Source: the human T2T-CHM13v2.0 reference genome, Homo sapiens
Length of the DNA: 64,000 nt
NCBI RefSeq assembly: GCF_009914755.1
Contig: NC_060932.1
Strand: one strand, 5' to 3'
Positions 62,060 through 64,000 of this stretch are shown here, piece by piece (position 1 is the stretch's first letter; every line of letters starts with the position of its first letter). Below the pieces are notes generated by a model. That model saw nothing but the letters and a program-made list of their open reading frames with translations, ran no database searches and was not told the origin of the DNA. Made by a program: the position numbers and the translations under genes.

Positions 62060-63876
62060 TGAATCTCCTTTTCCAAGTCACCTTCGCTAAATAAACATGT
62101 AACAGTGCATCCATATTTTAAATTTATCACAACTTTTTCATAACTTATTTCCCCATTTACTCCTCTTTTTACTTAAAGAATGTGCATTTGATCATTCCAA
62201 TGATAAACTCTTTAGGAATAGATGACTTGCTGTCTTGTGGAACTTCTAGACTTATTGGTTAAGTCTGTTAGGAATCTATTTCTCCAAGACTTTTCCTTCT
62301 TATAGGTCAAAAGGATAAGTAGTCCATAGTATGAATAACTGAGGGGAGTGAAGTCTTTTTCCTTATTCCATTGGAGTCTTGGCGCTGCAGCGTGTGTAAA
62401 GATGTATACGATAGAGAGTATTTTAAAACCTAGGTTCTTAATAGTGAGGCTATTTAAAGAAAGAAATTAAGGTAGATTAAGCCATCGATTGTATCAAAGA
62501 GAAAGTGTGAAAAACTACTTTTAGAAATCTGTTGTCAATATTGATTTTTGAAGAAACTTTGGTCAGTGTTAACTATGAAGAAACATTTAAACATTTTTGC
62601 TCATTTGTAACAAGCCTTGTTTAACTTGTACTTATTTTGCTTGAAGCATCACTTGAAAAGGTTTACTCCTATTCATAATTTAATTGTAATTATAATAAAC
62701 CATATCATTTTATTAAAAGTCAAAACAATAAAAAATTTTGCACTTCACAGTTATAAGCACAAATAGGTTCCAGCAACCAAAATTGAAGAAATCTTGAACT
62801 TTGACCGTCTTTACCTAAAGATTAGGTTAAAATTTGAGTGAGAATGCATTCTCTCTGCATGATTTCTCTGCTCTACAAATGTTTTAACTGCCTCTTTGAA
62901 GGTGGAGAAGTCATGGTAGCGTTTGAAATCATCACAGACATGTTACATACCTTTTCCTTGAGTATACGCTCCCCAAAATTGTTTCACAAAAAGAATGAAA
63001 ATAATTTTATGTTTTTGGCCTGCTATTTATATCTTGGCTTTCTGAACATATATTAAATTTGACAAGAAACTGTATTTTATGTTCCATTAGCCTTAGTATG
63101 TGTTTTCAAAATATTTATTTTAAAATGTTGACTCAAAAGTTAATATAAAACAATAGATGTGTAAAATTCTTTGGTAGTTAAGAATATCCTGTTCTGAGGT
63201 TTACATTCTCCATCTTTCCAGTTTTCACCTTGTGTATTTTTTAAACTTTTGAATAATAATGACATGGAAATGTAAATTAAGTAGGAAAAAGCTGGTAGCA
63301 AACAGTGTGGCATGGCCTAAAATCCCCGTGTTGTTGGGAGTGTGCTAGTCCTCGGAAGCAGGTGTGTTATGTTCTAGAACACTGCCCCCCTGCGTCGACA
63401 GCCTCCGGGGTTGGGGGTAAGTAGAAGGGGGTGAGGGGCCAGCACTAGTTGACTCAAGGCACCCTGGTGGGGACGGAGAGGTTTTTTCGCTCAGTGGTGC
63501 AGGCCATCAGGCAGGGCCCGGGTGCAAGAAAACATTCTGTGTGCGCTAGTGCGAGAGGATCTTCTACAGTCACCTGCCTTCATGCCATTACAGACAGACG
63601 GGAAGTCACTGGGTTCTAGGACATAAAAAGACCTACATGTTGGCTAGCCTAAATCGAACCCTTTTGTAGTAATAAAGATTCATCAATGTTTTAAACTGTC
63701 CCCTGTCAGCCCCCTGGGACTCAGGTGAACCAACTCTCTTTGGGAATCTATCTTAGAAGATGAAACCATAAAGCCTTCAGTTTCAGTGTCAGGGATGCAC
63801 ACTCTATATCTGGTGAAATTATGGAGGGGTGAAAACTTCTGTACAGCAAACTGTACCTCCAAATCTTTAATGTCGA

Positions 63877-63882
63877 AATAAA
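63877..63882 (+). terminator. Candidate intronic poly(A) signal for the short MCPH1 isoform
   Basis: AATAAA with upstream TGTA motifs (63840, 63852) and a downstream U/GU-rich tract. Other AATAAA hexamers at 62090, 62694, 62727 and 63671. Confidence 0.55.
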
Positions 63883-64000
63883 GGGCTTTTTGCCATTTCT
63901 GTTTTCAGTTCACTTTTACTTGTTGCTGTTGTCAGTATCTAAGATACAGTGTAAAAAAGGCTTCAAAAACAAGTTACAAAGAGCTTCAATACGCTGATAG

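Overview
Human genomic DNA (chr8p23.1 by gene recognition) containing ~23 kb of repeat-dense upstream sequence, a CpG-island promoter (~22.3-23.4 kb) and coding exons 1-8 of MCPH1 (microcephalin/BRIT1) on the + strand. All eight exons were located by GT-AG boundaries and splice into one continuous frame (c.1-1825: N-terminal BRCT domain plus central region). Exons 9-14 lie beyond the window. Read-through into intron 8 gives a 610-aa short isoform ending ...GSM*, with intronic poly(A) signals. The haplotype encodes Ser171, His314 (the derived haplogroup-D allele) and Gly392. Upstream are a dead 3'-truncated L1PA, an ERV-L pol fossil split by younger insertions, a solo LTR12, LTR8/MER4-group and MER34-like ERV remnants, and many Alus. 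Almost all ORFs in the supplied track, apart from L1 fragments and MCPH1 exons, are repeat-derived or chance ORFs. I find no convincing undescribed biological system. The best leads are mirror-image minisatellites flanking the promoter, an unusual L1/Alu/Alu junction, a perfect 58-bp duplication, an LTR8 ending in a poly(A) tract, and the intronic-polyadenylation and inverted-Alu architecture. Repeat family names and boundaries are by-eye recognitions, and literature statements are from memory.
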